In this document: piece after piece, positions 12,342-24,044 of the stretch
Layout of the letters: each line of letters begins with the position of its first letter
Numbering within the stretch: position 1 is the first letter of the stretch
NCBI GenBank assembly: GCA_032718475.1
Contig: JAUCBJ010008062.1
Coordinates: 11,706-75,705 of the forward strand
Reading direction: 5' to 3'
Source of the DNA: Nemertoderma westbladi
Lineage: Eukaryota > Animalia > Xenacoelomorpha
Length of the DNA stretch: 64,000 nucleotides
Notes under the pieces: model-generated
The model's input: only the letters and a program-made list of their open reading frames with translations
Database searches by the model: none
What the model was told of the DNA's origin: nothing
Translations under genes and position numbers: made by a program

Positions 12342-12697
12342 ATGTTATTTGGTAACAACAACCAATAAATCGAACTAATTAACTTATTAATTAACTAATT
12401 TTATTGTTTATAATTATTTCTTATACTTACTCGTTACTATTTTATGGTTTTCTTTGCCGAAGTACCATTGCAGACACAGCATTGATGTAATTTGTTGTTA
12501 TTCTAAGTTCGTAGCTAGCTGGGTTTATACTGTATGGAGTGGCATTTATCCATAAAAGGAAAAGGTTAATTAAACAATTAAAGGAAACATCTTGTATTAA
12601 CGACTGTAAATAATATTTTTTTACCATTATTGCTATTATTTGCCACTTGGTTAGCACCTTTGTTCACCCTGTCACTTCTATCTGCAACACAAACACC

Positions 12698-13513
12698 ATG
12701 GTCAGCACCTCAATTTCTCTATTCCCAAAGATACTGCACCAAATACCAAAGCCGTTGATTGGTTCACCATCGCGTTGCTATGCGACTCAACGTAAACGCT
12801 TTTACAAAACCGTCGATATTCTAAACGAGAATAACGAATTCAAGGTAACCCTTGACAACCGGCGATTAAAGACTCCACTGGGTCATGTGTTTGCGGTGCC
12901 TTCTGACGCACTTGCCTTAGCTGTTGCTAAGGAATGGTCTGACCAGACAGACACCATCCAGCCGTCTTGGATGCACCTAACAGCGTTATGCAACTCGGCT
13001 ATAGACAACCCCTACCACAAAACAAAAGACGGCGTTGTTAACCATCTATTACAATTTATCCAATCAGATACGTTGTTATGTCGGCATAGTAACCCGCCCG
13101 AGTTGGTCGCCTTGGAGACGGAGAAATGGGACCCCGTCATCCAATGGGCTACTGAGTTTTATGGAGTTGATTTGGAACCAAGCTGCAGTATAACCGGACC
13201 GGATATATCAACTAAGACTTTGTCAGTAATAAGACAATCTCTTCTAACCAAATCGCTCGCCGTTCTAATCGGAATTGAATTCGGAGTTGAAACACTAAAG
13301 TCGCTGCTCCTTTATATGGCGTGCGCCTCTCGGCGGCTGGATGTGGAATCAGCGGTGTCTCTATCTCGCCTCGAGTCGGCGTATCAGGAAGTTCGCTGGG
13401 GGACCCTGGATGACGCCCACGGGGCCGATGTTGCTGATACTCGCACCCGATTGGCTGCCTCGTTAATATATGTTACGTACATGTCGGAAGTGACGTCAGA
13501 AGAGCGTTGTTAG
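12698..13513 (+). CDS. ATPAF2: ATP synthase mitochondrial F1 assembly factor 2 (ATP12), intronless
   Basis: Motifs RKRFYKTV, LDNRRLKTP, ALAVAKEW, MHLTALCNSAIDNP, WDPVIQW and SRLE..YQ..RWG....AH. First ATG at 12698 precedes a presequence-like N-terminus. Confidence 0.95.
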   Translation: MVSTSISLFPKILHQIPKPLIGSPSRCYATQRKRFYKTVDILNENNEFKVTLDNRRLKTPLGHVFAVPSDALALAVAKEWSDQTDTIQPSWMHLTALCNSAIDNPYHKTKDGVVNHLLQFIQSDTLLCRHSNPPELVALETEKWDPVIQWATEFYGVDLEPSCSITGPDISTKTLSVIRQSLLTKSLAVLIGIEFGVETLKSLLLYMACASRRLDVESAVSLSRLESAYQEVRWGTLDDAHGADVADTRTRLAASLIYVTYMSEVTSEERC

Positions 13514-14192
13514 GGCTAAACGTTGAAACTATATATATATAGTATCCAGTTGAATATAGTTATTACTGATGTAGCTATAATAACTATATTGTTACCGAAT
13601 GTTATTGTATTAAACCTGAGTTCAAACTTTCGATTCTATAAAAAATTATGATGTTTTATTTAATATAGTCACAACATTTGTATTTAATGCATGACGTGGG
13701 GGTGTGGGGGGGGGGCTATTTCTCAATGACCTTTTTTAGAATTAGAATAAGCTTAAATACAATATTATATTATTATTATATTAATAATAAATAGGAATAA
13801 TAATATTTAACTAAATAATTTGTATACTTCCCCATGATATTTATTATATTGTATAATATCCCATTCCCATGCATAGACAAATACCATATCGCACTAAATA
13901 ATATACAAAAGGCAATAAGAAAAACCTACAAGATAAATTCCAATATCTTCACTTAACATTACAAATTCCATGAAATTCCCATATCTTATTATTAAATACA
14001 CACACTCTTGTGTTCCTGAGACTGTATTCGCATGTGAGGGGCGGGAGCTTCAAATCACAATTATTGCTACGGGCGATAAAACTAACTGCACCAGTAAAAG
14101 TTGAGTCCAAGTGAGTCAATTTAGTGACCCCAGGCCGAATAAAACTGAGGATATACCTTTATTTACGCTTAACTTGAAATCATAAGCAACAT

Positions 14193-16298
14193 CTATAGTT
14201 CTACAATGACAGGCCCTAAAGTTCCCTCAATACGATTCGACACCAACTCATCCATGCCCTTATATAGAGAGACGCTGCAATCCCCGCAGATACTCCCTGG
14301 ATCCAGGGTCCCAACCGAGATACCGTCGCGGATATAGACCGCGGGACGACTCAACGAGAGAACCCCCGCACCGGTAGCGCAATCCGCGTCGTGTACCGCG
14401 TTGGGAACCCTCATACTGCATTGCGATCCGGACTGGATCCCGCTGGACAACCCGGCCCGATGGAACCGGTCACCGACTACCGCGAAACACAAAGCGAGTT
14501 TCTTATTAACAATGAGTTGTCGTTTAGCGCGAGTCGCCGCGACGTACAGCAGGTTGTACTCGTCCCTCGGAAATCCTCGCAACGACTTGATCAACGACTC
14601 TATACGGAGTTCGCCCAACGCGATCCCGTTCCACGCGGTCTCCCTCGGGGTCTGCAGATAGTCGTCGTACAGCTGCACACAATCGAACTCCAACCCTTTA
14701 GACTTGTGGGCCGTCGTGAGGACGACGTTAGGTTTGAGTTTATCGATATCTACGATTCTACTTTCAACCTCCCGCAACAACCTAGGAAGACTCGCCCCGT
14801 ATCGCTCAACCAACAACAGTTTCCACACGATGTCCTTTTCTCCGGCTTTAACTCGGTAATGCTCTGTCATTTCCTTAAGATTTTGAAACCTCTCGAATTG
14901 CCTCTTAACAAACCATTCGCGGACACGATGTCTCTCTCCTTGGACGAACCACTTACAGGCGTTTAGTAAGAATTGGGTGTCGAGGAAAGAGATCCCTCCA
15001 GGGAAACCGATAGTAACAGAAGAGCAAGACGGATCGCTTACTAAGTCAACGGCCTGGCAGAAAACGCTGAAATTACTGCGACAGATGATCGCCGTCTGTT
15101 GGGCCACTGGCGTCTCATCCGGGGATCCACATTGGTTGTAGTAGCTGAAGGGCCGAGTCCCTACCCACCCGGGTTTATTGGAGCCCAAGAGGAGTTGATC
15201 CCTGGAGGAGCTGGACTCCTCCCCCATCAGCGCCTCCCGTATCGTCTGTCCGACGTAGGCGATCGCCGGCCCGAATCGGAAGCTCTGCGTGAGATGGAAC
15301 GTGCGACTGGCGCGGATCGAGGACAGGATGTTAACGGCGCCGCGGAACCCGTAGACCTGTTGGTTGGGGTCCCCGACCAGGATCTTAGCGCATCGTTGAC
15401 TCATAATGATATCACGGGCGCACGGCGAGCAGTCCTGCGCCTCGTCGACGAGAATACAACCGAAGTTGTAATCCTTACAGAGATCCGGCCTAGTCAGTTG
15501 CCACAACTTTAGATACCCATCGTGGGTTATCGCGACATCTTTGTTGTTCTTATCCGCCGCTTTCCGCCACACATCGCGACTCTCACGACAAGCCCGTTCG
15601 ATATCTTCCGGTTTGAGTTTCCGACTCTTTCCGGTCTCCTCGGAATCTTCTTCTTCCGAGAACTCGAACTCTTCCGGGACGTGTTCCTTCCCGAGTTGGT
15701 CATCATCCGAAGCCATAAAGTTCTCGAGGGTTTTTATCACGAGTTTGGCGCGCGTGAATATACACCCGGATCCCTTCCCCATCTCGAGTTTATACGCGAT
15801 GGAATCGTTGCGGAAACTCCCGCACAACTTCGGTTTGGACTGCGATTTATTCCGGTATTGTTTCCCAACGTCGTTGTAAGCTAACGAGTGTAACGTCTTG
15901 CAAACAACGTTAGGAGGGAAGCTAGCACTAGCGTAGATAGCGATCGCCTTGTTGTAACAGATGTAAAGAAAGCGAATGTGAGGCCGAGATTTCGCAAACT
16001 CTCTCAGAGTTGTTGTCTTTCCTGTACCGGCGAACGCGATTATTTTAACGCACTCGCATTGCGCGAGAGACAACGGGTGCTTGATGATCCGTAACTGTTC
16101 GTGGGTTAGCGGTAAGGGAGGGGGCGGTTGTCTGGAGGGCGATATATCCGATAGGGTACGGAAGACTGCTTGTCTGGGGGGTGGTCGCTCCATGAAGGCC
16201 TTGGTACGGGTGAGTCCTTCCTCATTCTCGTACATGTGTAACCCGTGGTAGACATTGTAATACAAGTAGAAAGGGGTGCCAAACCGCTGGTAGAATAT
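14193..16298 (-). CDS. FBH1: F-box DNA helicase 1, exon 2 (UvrD-like helicase)
   Basis: AFAGTGKTTTL (Walker A), VDEAQD, VGDPNQQVYGFRGA, LTQSFRFG, TAHKSKGLEFD and NLLYVAATRAK. Phase-0 acceptor ttccag|ATA; 702 codons. Confidence 0.93.
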   Translation of the reverse strand: MFYQRFGTPFYLYYNVYHGLHMYENEEGLTRTKAFMERPPPRQAVFRTLSDISPSRQPPPPLPLTHEQLRIIKHPLSLAQCECVKIIAFAGTGKTTTLREFAKSRPHIRFLYICYNKAIAIYASASFPPNVVCKTLHSLAYNDVGKQYRNKSQSKPKLCGSFRNDSIAYKLEMGKGSGCIFTRAKLVIKTLENFMASDDDQLGKEHVPEEFEFSEEEDSEETGKSRKLKPEDIERACRESRDVWRKAADKNNKDVAITHDGYLKLWQLTRPDLCKDYNFGCILVDEAQDCSPCARDIIMSQRCAKILVGDPNQQVYGFRGAVNILSSIRASRTFHLTQSFRFGPAIAYVGQTIREALMGEESSSSRDQLLLGSNKPGWVGTRPFSYYNQCGSPDETPVAQQTAIICRSNFSVFCQAVDLVSDPSCSSVTIGFPGGISFLDTQFLLNACKWFVQGERHRVREWFVKRQFERFQNLKEMTEHYRVKAGEKDIVWKLLLVERYGASLPRLLREVESRIVDIDKLKPNVVLTTAHKSKGLEFDCVQLYDDYLQTPRETAWNGIALGELRIESLIKSLRGFPRDEYNLLYVAATRAKRQLIVNKKLALCFAVVGDRFHRAGLSSGIQSGSQCSMRVPNAVHDADCATGAGVLSLSRPAVYIRDGISVGTLDPGSICGDCSVSLYKGMDELVSNRIEGTLGPVIVEL

Positions 16299-16785
16299 CT
16301 GGAATGGTAAAATTTCACCAAAATTGTATAAGTATCTATTAATCAAATCTAAAGACGTGCGTGCGTTATTAGATTAATAACTGTTAGATCTGATGAACTC
16401 CTATCGGAAATAACCATCAATGGGAAGTGGTATGATTTCACTTCCTTAATTATTAATTAAAAATTGATAATTAACCCACCATATTAATTCCTAATTAAAT
16501 CTTTAAATTCTCCCAGCTGGGATTAATGCAGTAATGTCATTCTAACTTTTAGTGAGTTAATGCAAATTACAATATTAAATTAATATTGACATTATTTTAA
16601 GCCGTCAACATAATAAATAAATAATTAATTGTTGAAGAATGTTATGTTTATGCAGGATGACATTAAACAAAGCTTCGTGTTTAACATGCAGGGTAAATGG
16701 GGTCGAACTCTGGACCTCTGATTTGGCAGCTTACTCAACCAATATTTCTTTGCTACCGGTAGAAATAATAAAATATGCGACTTAC

Positions 16786-17709
16786 CTGTAAGTGTGTAGC
16801 TACACAATATAAAGCTTCCACTATGTATATAATCAGACATTGTGTTTGACACAAAGTAATTAAACGCCTAACGGATTGAGCATCTGGAGACAGAATCGCC
16901 AAACAGGCGACCAACGAACCAACACTCAGCACGGCATCGCTATCAGACACTTTACGCAGACAGGCCTCCGCCAACGGAAACTGACGGTGGAGTTTCAGCT
17001 GGGAAATAATGTCATCAGAATTCGAAGGTTCGTGAATATTTCTGAAGGTTTTCATTTTCTTTATTAGTTGGATAAGACAATCAGCGCTTGTGATTCCATC
17101 ACTGTCGATATCTTCTGTTAAGGTTTCTTTGCATTCTAGAACGAGTCTCGCTACATCCGATTGATTATCGACTGTAAACTGTTGAGATTCCACCCTAATA
17201 TCGTCTCGATTACAAACCTTAACCATATAGAAAGTTCTCTTCCACGGGAGAAATGTCTTGCCCATTATTATACCATTGAACCTTTTGCAACAGCAAGTTA
17301 CATTCAAATATAGATCGAACGCGGGTACCATCGCAAATATGTTCTCTAACACTTCTAGAGGGAGGAAGGAATAGTCGTAGGTCGGTACACATTGTGAAAG
17401 GACTGTTTCTGATTCAGTTTCGAGGAACAATGATTTCGCAACGAGTTCCACATTCGGACTGTTGTAAAGCTGGGAGGGACATTCGCCTATTGCTATTGGC
17501 GGTGGTGTGGGGGTGATGAAGGCCGCATAAGGGCTGTTCTCTATGGCGGAAATAAACTCATCGTCTGATGATTCGGCAGAAAACGAGGACACTTGAGTGA
17601 AGGATTTAGATCGTTTTATAATGTCGCGATCAAGATCAACCGATACGCAATCACTAGAACAGTTAGTAGAAGTAATTGGAGATGAATTTGCTTCATGGGA
17701 TCGTTTCAT
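16786..17709 (-). CDS. FBH1: F-box DNA helicase 1, exon 1 (F-box)
   Basis: F-box LPLEVLENIFAMVPAFDLYLNV..CCKRFNGII. Phase-0 donor CAG|gtaagt after 308 codons joins exon 2 to give 1009 aa. Confidence 0.9.
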
Positions 17710-17885
17710 ATCTCTAAGATAGACCCTGTGTGGGGTACCGGTACTGCCAGTACAGGTATTGGTATTGGTATTGGTTTAATGGTGCTCAAAGTATAACATT
17801 AAAAGGAACATTAAAATAACACAATTATTAAATAACAACAAACATTACATAAGGAACAATAAGGAACATAAGGAACAATATCAAA

Positions 17886-20800
17886 ACTGAAACTGAAGTT
17901 ATGTTATTATAAATTTGACGCTATAAAAATGTTATTATGTATTATAGTTATTACTCAATCAGAATGCTTATAATAAATACATTGCGCACCGGGGATAGCC
18001 CCTTAAGGCGAGCCTTGTTTCCGAGAGGGTCCCCGTGGTTAGTTCAATGGGTAAATTATACAGTATAATAAAGATTCGGCGTCATGTATAAAACAATAAA
18101 AAAATAAATAAATGAGGTTTCAGGTGTATGAATAATTAAAATATTACATTCTTTAGAACTATGATAAGTATTAAAAAAAAAAAGAATAGTTTATTAATAT
18201 TTACATTAATGCATAAAATTTTTAAAAAGCCATCCTCATGTGCGTACGTAGATTAAAATATTTGGTAAAATTTACCATTGAAGTGTAGTAGCTTCAGTAA
18301 AAATTAAAATCAGTATTTCTCCCCTTAAATATCTCTTGCAAAATAAAAAAATGGGGATGCTTTGTACAAAAATTAAAACTTGTTATGATTAGTTATTTTA
18401 GAGTTATGAGATGTAATAGTTCATTAATAGTATAAAAAAAAATTAAACGCTAATAATTAGTAAAAAGTATAATTAAAATCAGTGTATTGTCAATCGAGCG
18501 AGCGTAGGTAATGCGATTTTACTGCATGTTTGAATGCCTCGACAGATACTGACTCGGTTACGTGGCGCGGCAGGCTATTCCAGATCGCTGGGCCCTTATA
18601 GTCAAAGGAGAGCTGGCCAAATGCGGTGTTTTTCTGTGGGATGACCGCTTTAGTTTGGGGGGCGCGCGTGTCACGTGTGGATGAGGAGAAGTCCACCATT
18701 TCCTGTATATAGCTCGGGGTGACGTTATGGTGAGTTTTGTACATGATAGTTGCCAGGTTTTGTTTAATTCGTAGTTTAATGGGTAGCCAGTTAATTTCTC
18801 GAAAGTGTGAATTGTCGATGTGGGTGCGATTGTCCAGTCCCAGGCAATACCGGATACATTTCCGTTGTAGGGCCTCCAGTTTGTTTCTCCATAGGATACT
18901 AATAGATTGGAACCACACTGGTGATGCATAGTCCATTAGTGGTTGTATTAATGCATTGCATAGTAGGCGGCGTGTATTGTAGTCTAGTACACCGGCAAAT
19001 CGCCACAGGAACTTTAACCGAGAGTTGCCTTTCTTTATTATTGTTGCAACCATCGATTCACTGTTTAGAGTTTTATCTAATTTGCAACCGAGGTAGTTGA
19101 CCGAGTCCCTGTTCGCTATTGCTTTCCCATTGCATGTCACATTTAGTGGTTCGTTTATGGCTAAACGTTGTGCTGTTCCAAATAGGATACTTTCGGTTTT
19201 ACCTAAATGGAGAGTTACGCGGTTGTCTATGAGCCATGCTTGGGTGCATTCTAGATTCCGTGTTAGTGATTCCGATATGGTTCTTGAGTCTGAGCCAGGG
19301 ACTAAGTGCGATATGTCGTCTGCGAACATCGGGGTGGGGCAATCAACGGCTTGGTCCGAGTCATTGGTGTGTGAGAGGAAAAGTAGGATCGCTAAGAGAG
19401 TTCCTTGTGGTAAACCGTCATCCAGCGTGCGTTGATCTGAGTCAACCCCCTGTATGGTTACAACTTGGGATCTGCTTGATAGATAGGATTCAAGCCACGC
19501 TATTGCTTTGTTGTCAAAGCCCATGTATTTCAGTTTCATCAATAGTATGTTGCGATTCACCGTATCATAAGCTTTCTTGAGGTCTATTAACACCATCCCT
19601 GTTAACTGGCCACCATCTGCTGCTGATCGGATGACAGTGTCTATAAATATCAAGCATGTTTCCGTTGAATAGCCTTTACGAAAGGCACTTTGAAGTGCAG
19701 ATATGATAGAGTTTGATATCAAGTAATGGTACATCTGATCGTAGATTACTTTTTCTATAATCTTGGAGAGAATAGGTAGTAGAGACACTGGTCTGAAGTT
19801 TTCACGTTGAGTTTGTGTGCCCCTTTTATAGATTGGTGCCACTTTGGCTAGTTTCATAGCTGAGGGAAATTTACATGTTGTTATGGAGATATTTATAATG
19901 TGAGTAATTGCTTTTGTCAGCTCAGTGGAACAGTCCTTATATATTTTTGCTGGTATACCATCAATGCCGGGACTTTTATCGGGATTAAGGTCGCATAAGA
20001 TACGAGAAACCACATCCTCTTCAGTTTGTTTTAGAGTAAAGCTATCTTTAGTTATTCCCTTAGATTCATAGTATCTGGCAACTGCAGCCTCACCAAAGCG
20101 ACCTGTAGGTGGTGGTAATTTGGTTTCCAATTCATTAGCAACACCAGTGAAGTATTCGTTAAACGCATCAGCTATTTGTCTAGGGTCAGAAACTAGTTCG
20201 GTTCCATTATTGATTGTAAGTGGTCCATTTGATTGGCCTTTCTTTGATGGTAAGCCGAGGTTTTTGAGGGTCTTCCATAATTGTTTAGAGTTAGTTCTGT
20301 TCTCCTTAATTTGTTCTCGTATGTATGTCTGTTTAGTTTCCTTTATGAGTTTGGTGGTGTCATTCCTGATTCTCTTGTAATTTGTTTCATTTTCTTCAGT
20401 GCGATATTTTCTTGCTGTGGTTAAGGCTTTATTCCTCATAGTTATAGTGTGTAGAAGATTTGGAGTTAGCCAGGGTTCGGTATGAGTTTTGATTCTGATA
20501 TCCCGTTTCGGTGCTATAGTGTTGAGGATATTTAAAATCTCGGAGTTTAGAATGTCCACGGCTTCATCCACGTCATTTATATTGCCAATGTTGTTAATTT
20601 TACTATTGTTCACAATCATTTCCTTTAGTTTTGGTATGGAGTAGTCTCTGTATGTTCTAGCTCGGATTATTTTTGGTATGTATTTATGGTTTTTAATTTT
20701 CTTCCTGGTGACATATACGATGTAATGATCACTAATGCCGACTTCTATTACTCCAGATGCTGTAACTTTATTTTCCAGTGCTGAAGTATAAATGTGATCG

Positions 20801-21291
20801 ATAATGGTAGAAGATATCTCAGTAACACGGGTTGGGTCCTTGATTATTTGTTTAAGTCCAGTAGAGGCACAGAATGAGTCAACTATGTTTTTATTGCTTC
20901 GGTCATTACTAGATATGTCTGCATTGACGTCTCCAAGGATATAAATTTCTTTATGGTTAGATACCGTTCCAATAAAAGATTCTAAGGATTTGAAGAATTG
21001 AGTTATAGATGACTCTGGAGGTCGATATACCGATCCAATGAGGATTTCTTTGGTGTAGGGCATAATGAGAGTTCCAAATACCCCTTCAATATCCATTTGA
21101 TTCAGTGAAATGCAGGCATTAAATACCAAATCGTCTCTAGTATATATTGCAACCCCTCCCCATCCATTCTCATTTCTATCCTTCCTGGTAATTTTATACC
21201 CTATGATTTCGACTTCTTTGTCAGATACTGAGTCATCCAACCACGTTTCAGATACAGTTAGTATGTGTATTCGAGTTAGCAGTAGGCACAA
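17886..21291 (-). mobile_element. 5'-truncated CR1/L2-group LINE with 3' UTR
   Basis: ORF2 is followed by an AT-rich UTR, a GC-rich terminal segment GGGGACCCTCTCGGAAACAAG (~18010-18034) and a short TTCAGTTTCAGTTT tail. No TSD was recognised and the ends are approximate. Confidence 0.8.
18490..21291 (-). CDS. LINE ORF2: APE endonuclease plus reverse transcriptase, N-terminally truncated
   Basis: APE motifs VSETWL, GGVAIY, VYRPP, GDVNAD, IDHI and SDHY; RT motifs KSPGIDGI, NFRPVSLL, QSAFRKG, DLKKAYDTV, GLPQG, FADD and YLG. No stop for 933 codons. Confidence 0.95.
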   Translation of the reverse strand: MCLLLTRIHILTVSETWLDDSVSDKEVEIIGYKITRKDRNENGWGGVAIYTRDDLVFNACISLNQMDIEGVFGTLIMPYTKEILIGSVYRPPESSITQFFKSLESFIGTVSNHKEIYILGDVNADISSNDRSNKNIVDSFCASTGLKQIIKDPTRVTEISSTIIDHIYTSALENKVTASGVIEVGISDHYIVYVTRKKIKNHKYIPKIIRARTYRDYSIPKLKEMIVNNSKINNIGNINDVDEAVDILNSEILNILNTIAPKRDIRIKTHTEPWLTPNLLHTITMRNKALTTARKYRTEENETNYKRIRNDTTKLIKETKQTYIREQIKENRTNSKQLWKTLKNLGLPSKKGQSNGPLTINNGTELVSDPRQIADAFNEYFTGVANELETKLPPPTGRFGEAAVARYYESKGITKDSFTLKQTEEDVVSRILCDLNPDKSPGIDGIPAKIYKDCSTELTKAITHIINISITTCKFPSAMKLAKVAPIYKRGTQTQRENFRPVSLLPILSKIIEKVIYDQMYHYLISNSIISALQSAFRKGYSTETCLIFIDTVIRSAADGGQLTGMVLIDLKKAYDTVNRNILLMKLKYMGFDNKAIAWLESYLSSRSQVVTIQGVDSDQRTLDDGLPQGTLLAILLFLSHTNDSDQAVDCPTPMFADDISHLVPGSDSRTISESLTRNLECTQAWLIDNRVTLHLGKTESILFGTAQRLAINEPLNVTCNGKAIANRDSVNYLGCKLDKTLNSESMVATIIKKGNSRLKFLWRFAGVLDYNTRRLLCNALIQPLMDYASPVWFQSISILWRNKLEALQRKCIRYCLGLDNRTHIDNSHFREINWLPIKLRIKQNLATIMYKTHHNVTPSYIQEMVDFSSSTRDTRAPQTKAVIPQKNTAFGQLSFDYKGPAIWNSLPRHVTESVSVEAFKHAVKSHYLRSLD

Positions 21292-21892
21292 CCGTGCCGT
21301 ATTATTATTAGGCCCCTACTGTATTATGTAATTAATTCCTTACATCTCACAGTCTCATGCCGACATGAATAAGTAGTAGTAGTATTAACTGTACCCAATT
21401 AAGGGTCTACTTAAAATTGCACAACTCCAGTATACTATAAGCCTACAGTACTTAAATTAAAATTAGACTAGACATGAATTTATACATTATTAAATACAAT
21501 TACCGGATTATAATATAACAGAATGGCCCAGCAGAGCAAATATAAACAATAAACCGTTCGTTCAACCATTATTATACAATAATTTTTATTTCCGTTTAAA
21601 TCACTCATGATGTCCTTTTTTTTACTTTTTATGTCCTCCAGAAATTTACCGTTAGGTTCCATGCTACCGGTTCCATTTCTACTGCTGTTCTCTCAGGCTA
21701 TCACTGTCTGACTGTATCAGTACCGGCACCGGTATTAGTATACAGTATAGAGCACTATTTTGCAGTATTGCTGTATTGTATGTACAGATGTAGGTATAAA
21801 GCAGGTATTTTAGGTATTTTAGTACCGGTACCGGCACCGGTACTGCTGTAGGCCTACCATTTAAATACGGTAATGGTAGGCCTACCGGCTGA

Positions 21893-22843
21893 CCGGTGTC
21901 ACAAGGAAATCAGCCCCCCCCCCCCCCCCCCCTAGAATATGCCCCCCGGGGCATTATTTCCTAGGATATTATGTCCCCCCGGGCAATTTTTCCTAGGAAA
22001 TTTAGCCCGGGGGGCATTTTCTCCTTAGGAAATAATGCCTCCCCTCAGGAAAATTAGCCCCCCTCAAAACAGCAAAAGTCTGAAAACTGGTACGATACCG
22101 GTCTGCTGGTAGCCACTTTTAATCTACCAACTGCAGAACTTGTAATAGTTGAAAGAATAGTACGGTACCGGTCTGCCGGTAGGTAAGCAGGTAAGGCAGT
22201 AAGGGATGTAGATTGTAGAACAGCATACTGAAGTATCTAAGTCAGTAGGCTACTGTAGTAAAGTACTGGTATAACAGCAGTGCGAGTGTGTGGTGTTGTG
22301 TGGGCGCCGAGCAGCTCCAAGCTTTTTTTAAGTCTGTAACCTGCTCCTTTCCCTGATTTGGTAAAGTGATTGTTTATTGTTTTGGTTAGAAAATCCCGCC
22401 TCTGTAACCTGCTCCTTTCTCTCAATTGGTAATGTTATCGTTTATTGTTTTGGTTAGAAAATCCCGTCTCTGTAACCTGCTCCTTTCCCTGATTTGCTAA
22501 AGTGACTGTTTATTGTTTTGGTTAGAAAATCCCGCCTCTGTAACCTGCTCCTTTCCCTCAATTAGTTAAATGATCGTTTATTGTTTTGGTTAGAAAGGCA
22601 TGCCTCTGTAACCTGCTCCTTTCCTTCATTTGGTAAAGTGACTGTTTATTGTTTTGTATAATTTTTGTAAGTTTTAGTAGTAATAAGTTTTGTTTATTGT
22701 ATAATTCAGGGGGGGCATAATTTCCTAAGGGGGGGCATTTTTTCCTAGGGAAATTTGCCCGGGGGGGGCATTTTTTCCTAGGAAAATATGCCCCCCCTGG
22801 CACATTTCCCGGGGGGGGGGGGCATATTTTCCTGTTACACCGG
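21893..22843. mobile_element. Non-autonomous TIR element (~950 bp)
   Basis: Ends CCGGTGTCACAAGGAAAT and ATTTTCCTGTTACACCGG, with subterminal TTTCCTAGGAAA palindromes and G/C runs on both arms. No TSD was recognised. Confidence 0.7.
22334..22655. repeat. 68-bp tandem repeat (~5 copies) of the CTGTAACCTGCTCCTTT / TTTATTGTTTTGGTTAG cassette
   Basis: CTGTAACCTG recurs at 22334, 22402, 22470, 22538 and 22606. Confidence 0.9.
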
Positions 22844-23083
22844 TTTGAATTTAATTGACCGGTTGAATTTGTCGAGTAATTATTAATTTATTTAATTTGA
22901 TGCGTAATTACTGTACATTGTATTGATTTAATTTGACAGGTGAAGAAATTGTATTAATTTTATTTGAAATATAATTTAATTGAATTTATGTAATTTGAAA
23001 TGTAAATCAATGATGCTGTCTCTTTAAGCTGTCCCATTCCCTCAATGTTCATGTCATAGTTTATTGTTATGTTCATGACAATT

Positions 23084-23560
23084 ATTGTTTTGGTTAGAAA
23101 ATCCCGCCTCTGTAACCTGCTCCTTTCCCTGAATTGGTAAAGTGACCGGTTTATTGTTTTGGTTAGAAAAGCCCGCCTCTGTAACCTGATCCTTTCCTTC
23201 ATTTTGTAAAGTGACTGTTTATTGTTTTGGTTAGAAAATCCAGCCTCTGTAAGCTGCCCCTTTCTCTCAATTAGTTAAATGATCGTTTATTGTTTTGGTT
23301 AGAAAATCCCGCCTCTGTAACATGCTCCTTTCCCTCAATTAGTTAAGTGATCGTTTTATTGTTTTGGTTAGAAAATCCCGCCTATGTAACCTGATCCTTT
23401 CTCTCAATTAGTTAAGTGATCGTTTATTGTTTTGGTTAGGAAATCCCACCTTTGTAACCTGCTCCTTTCTCTCAATTAGTAATGTTATCGTTTATTGTTT
23501 TGGTTTGAAAAGACCATTTATGTAACCTGCTCCTTTCCTTCATTTGGTAAAGTGAGTGTT
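23084..23560. repeat. ~68-bp tandem repeat (~7 copies), same family as 22334-22655
   Basis: Repeated TTTATTGTTTTGGTTAGAAAATCCCGCCTCTGTAACCTGCTCCTTT units. Confidence 0.9.
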
Positions 23561-24044
23561 TTTTCTACGTCATGTGGTAATCGATTATCGACAACAACCA
23601 CAAACTATTAAATTTAGAGTCTTTTACCACAGGCGCATATGGAAATATATCTCATAGTCTATAAATCATGGAATTTGGAATGTTTTGGCACAGGCATAGT
23701 GAAACCAACTGTCCGACAGACCAGAAATCAACAAATTTTGAATGTTTTGGCATAGGCATGTTGAAATCAACTGTCTGATAGTCCAGAAATCATCAGTCTG
23801 ACAGTTTGAAGAAATACATACATAAAAAGTCATTAAAGGACAACAAAAGTCATTAAAGGGACAACAAAAGTCATTATGCACAATTCGTAAAAAAAGGATG
23901 ACAAAAAAGTCAAATAAAAGGACATAAAAAATCACTGCCTTAGAAACATGAACAAGCCAATAGGAGGACTCCAAACTGCCAAACCATTTCTTAGTAAAGT
24001 TAATAATATATTATTGATTGGTCGATGATGTATGTCAGGGTTCC

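Noticed and set aside
14391-15884. Plus-strand ORFs of 86-191 aa
   Set aside because: They are antisense shadows of the GC-rich FBH1 exon.
22334-23560. 68-bp repeats as spliced-leader RNA genes
   Set aside because: The CAG|GTTA donor-like site and the T-rich Sm-like tract lie on opposite strands, and copies sit inside transposons.
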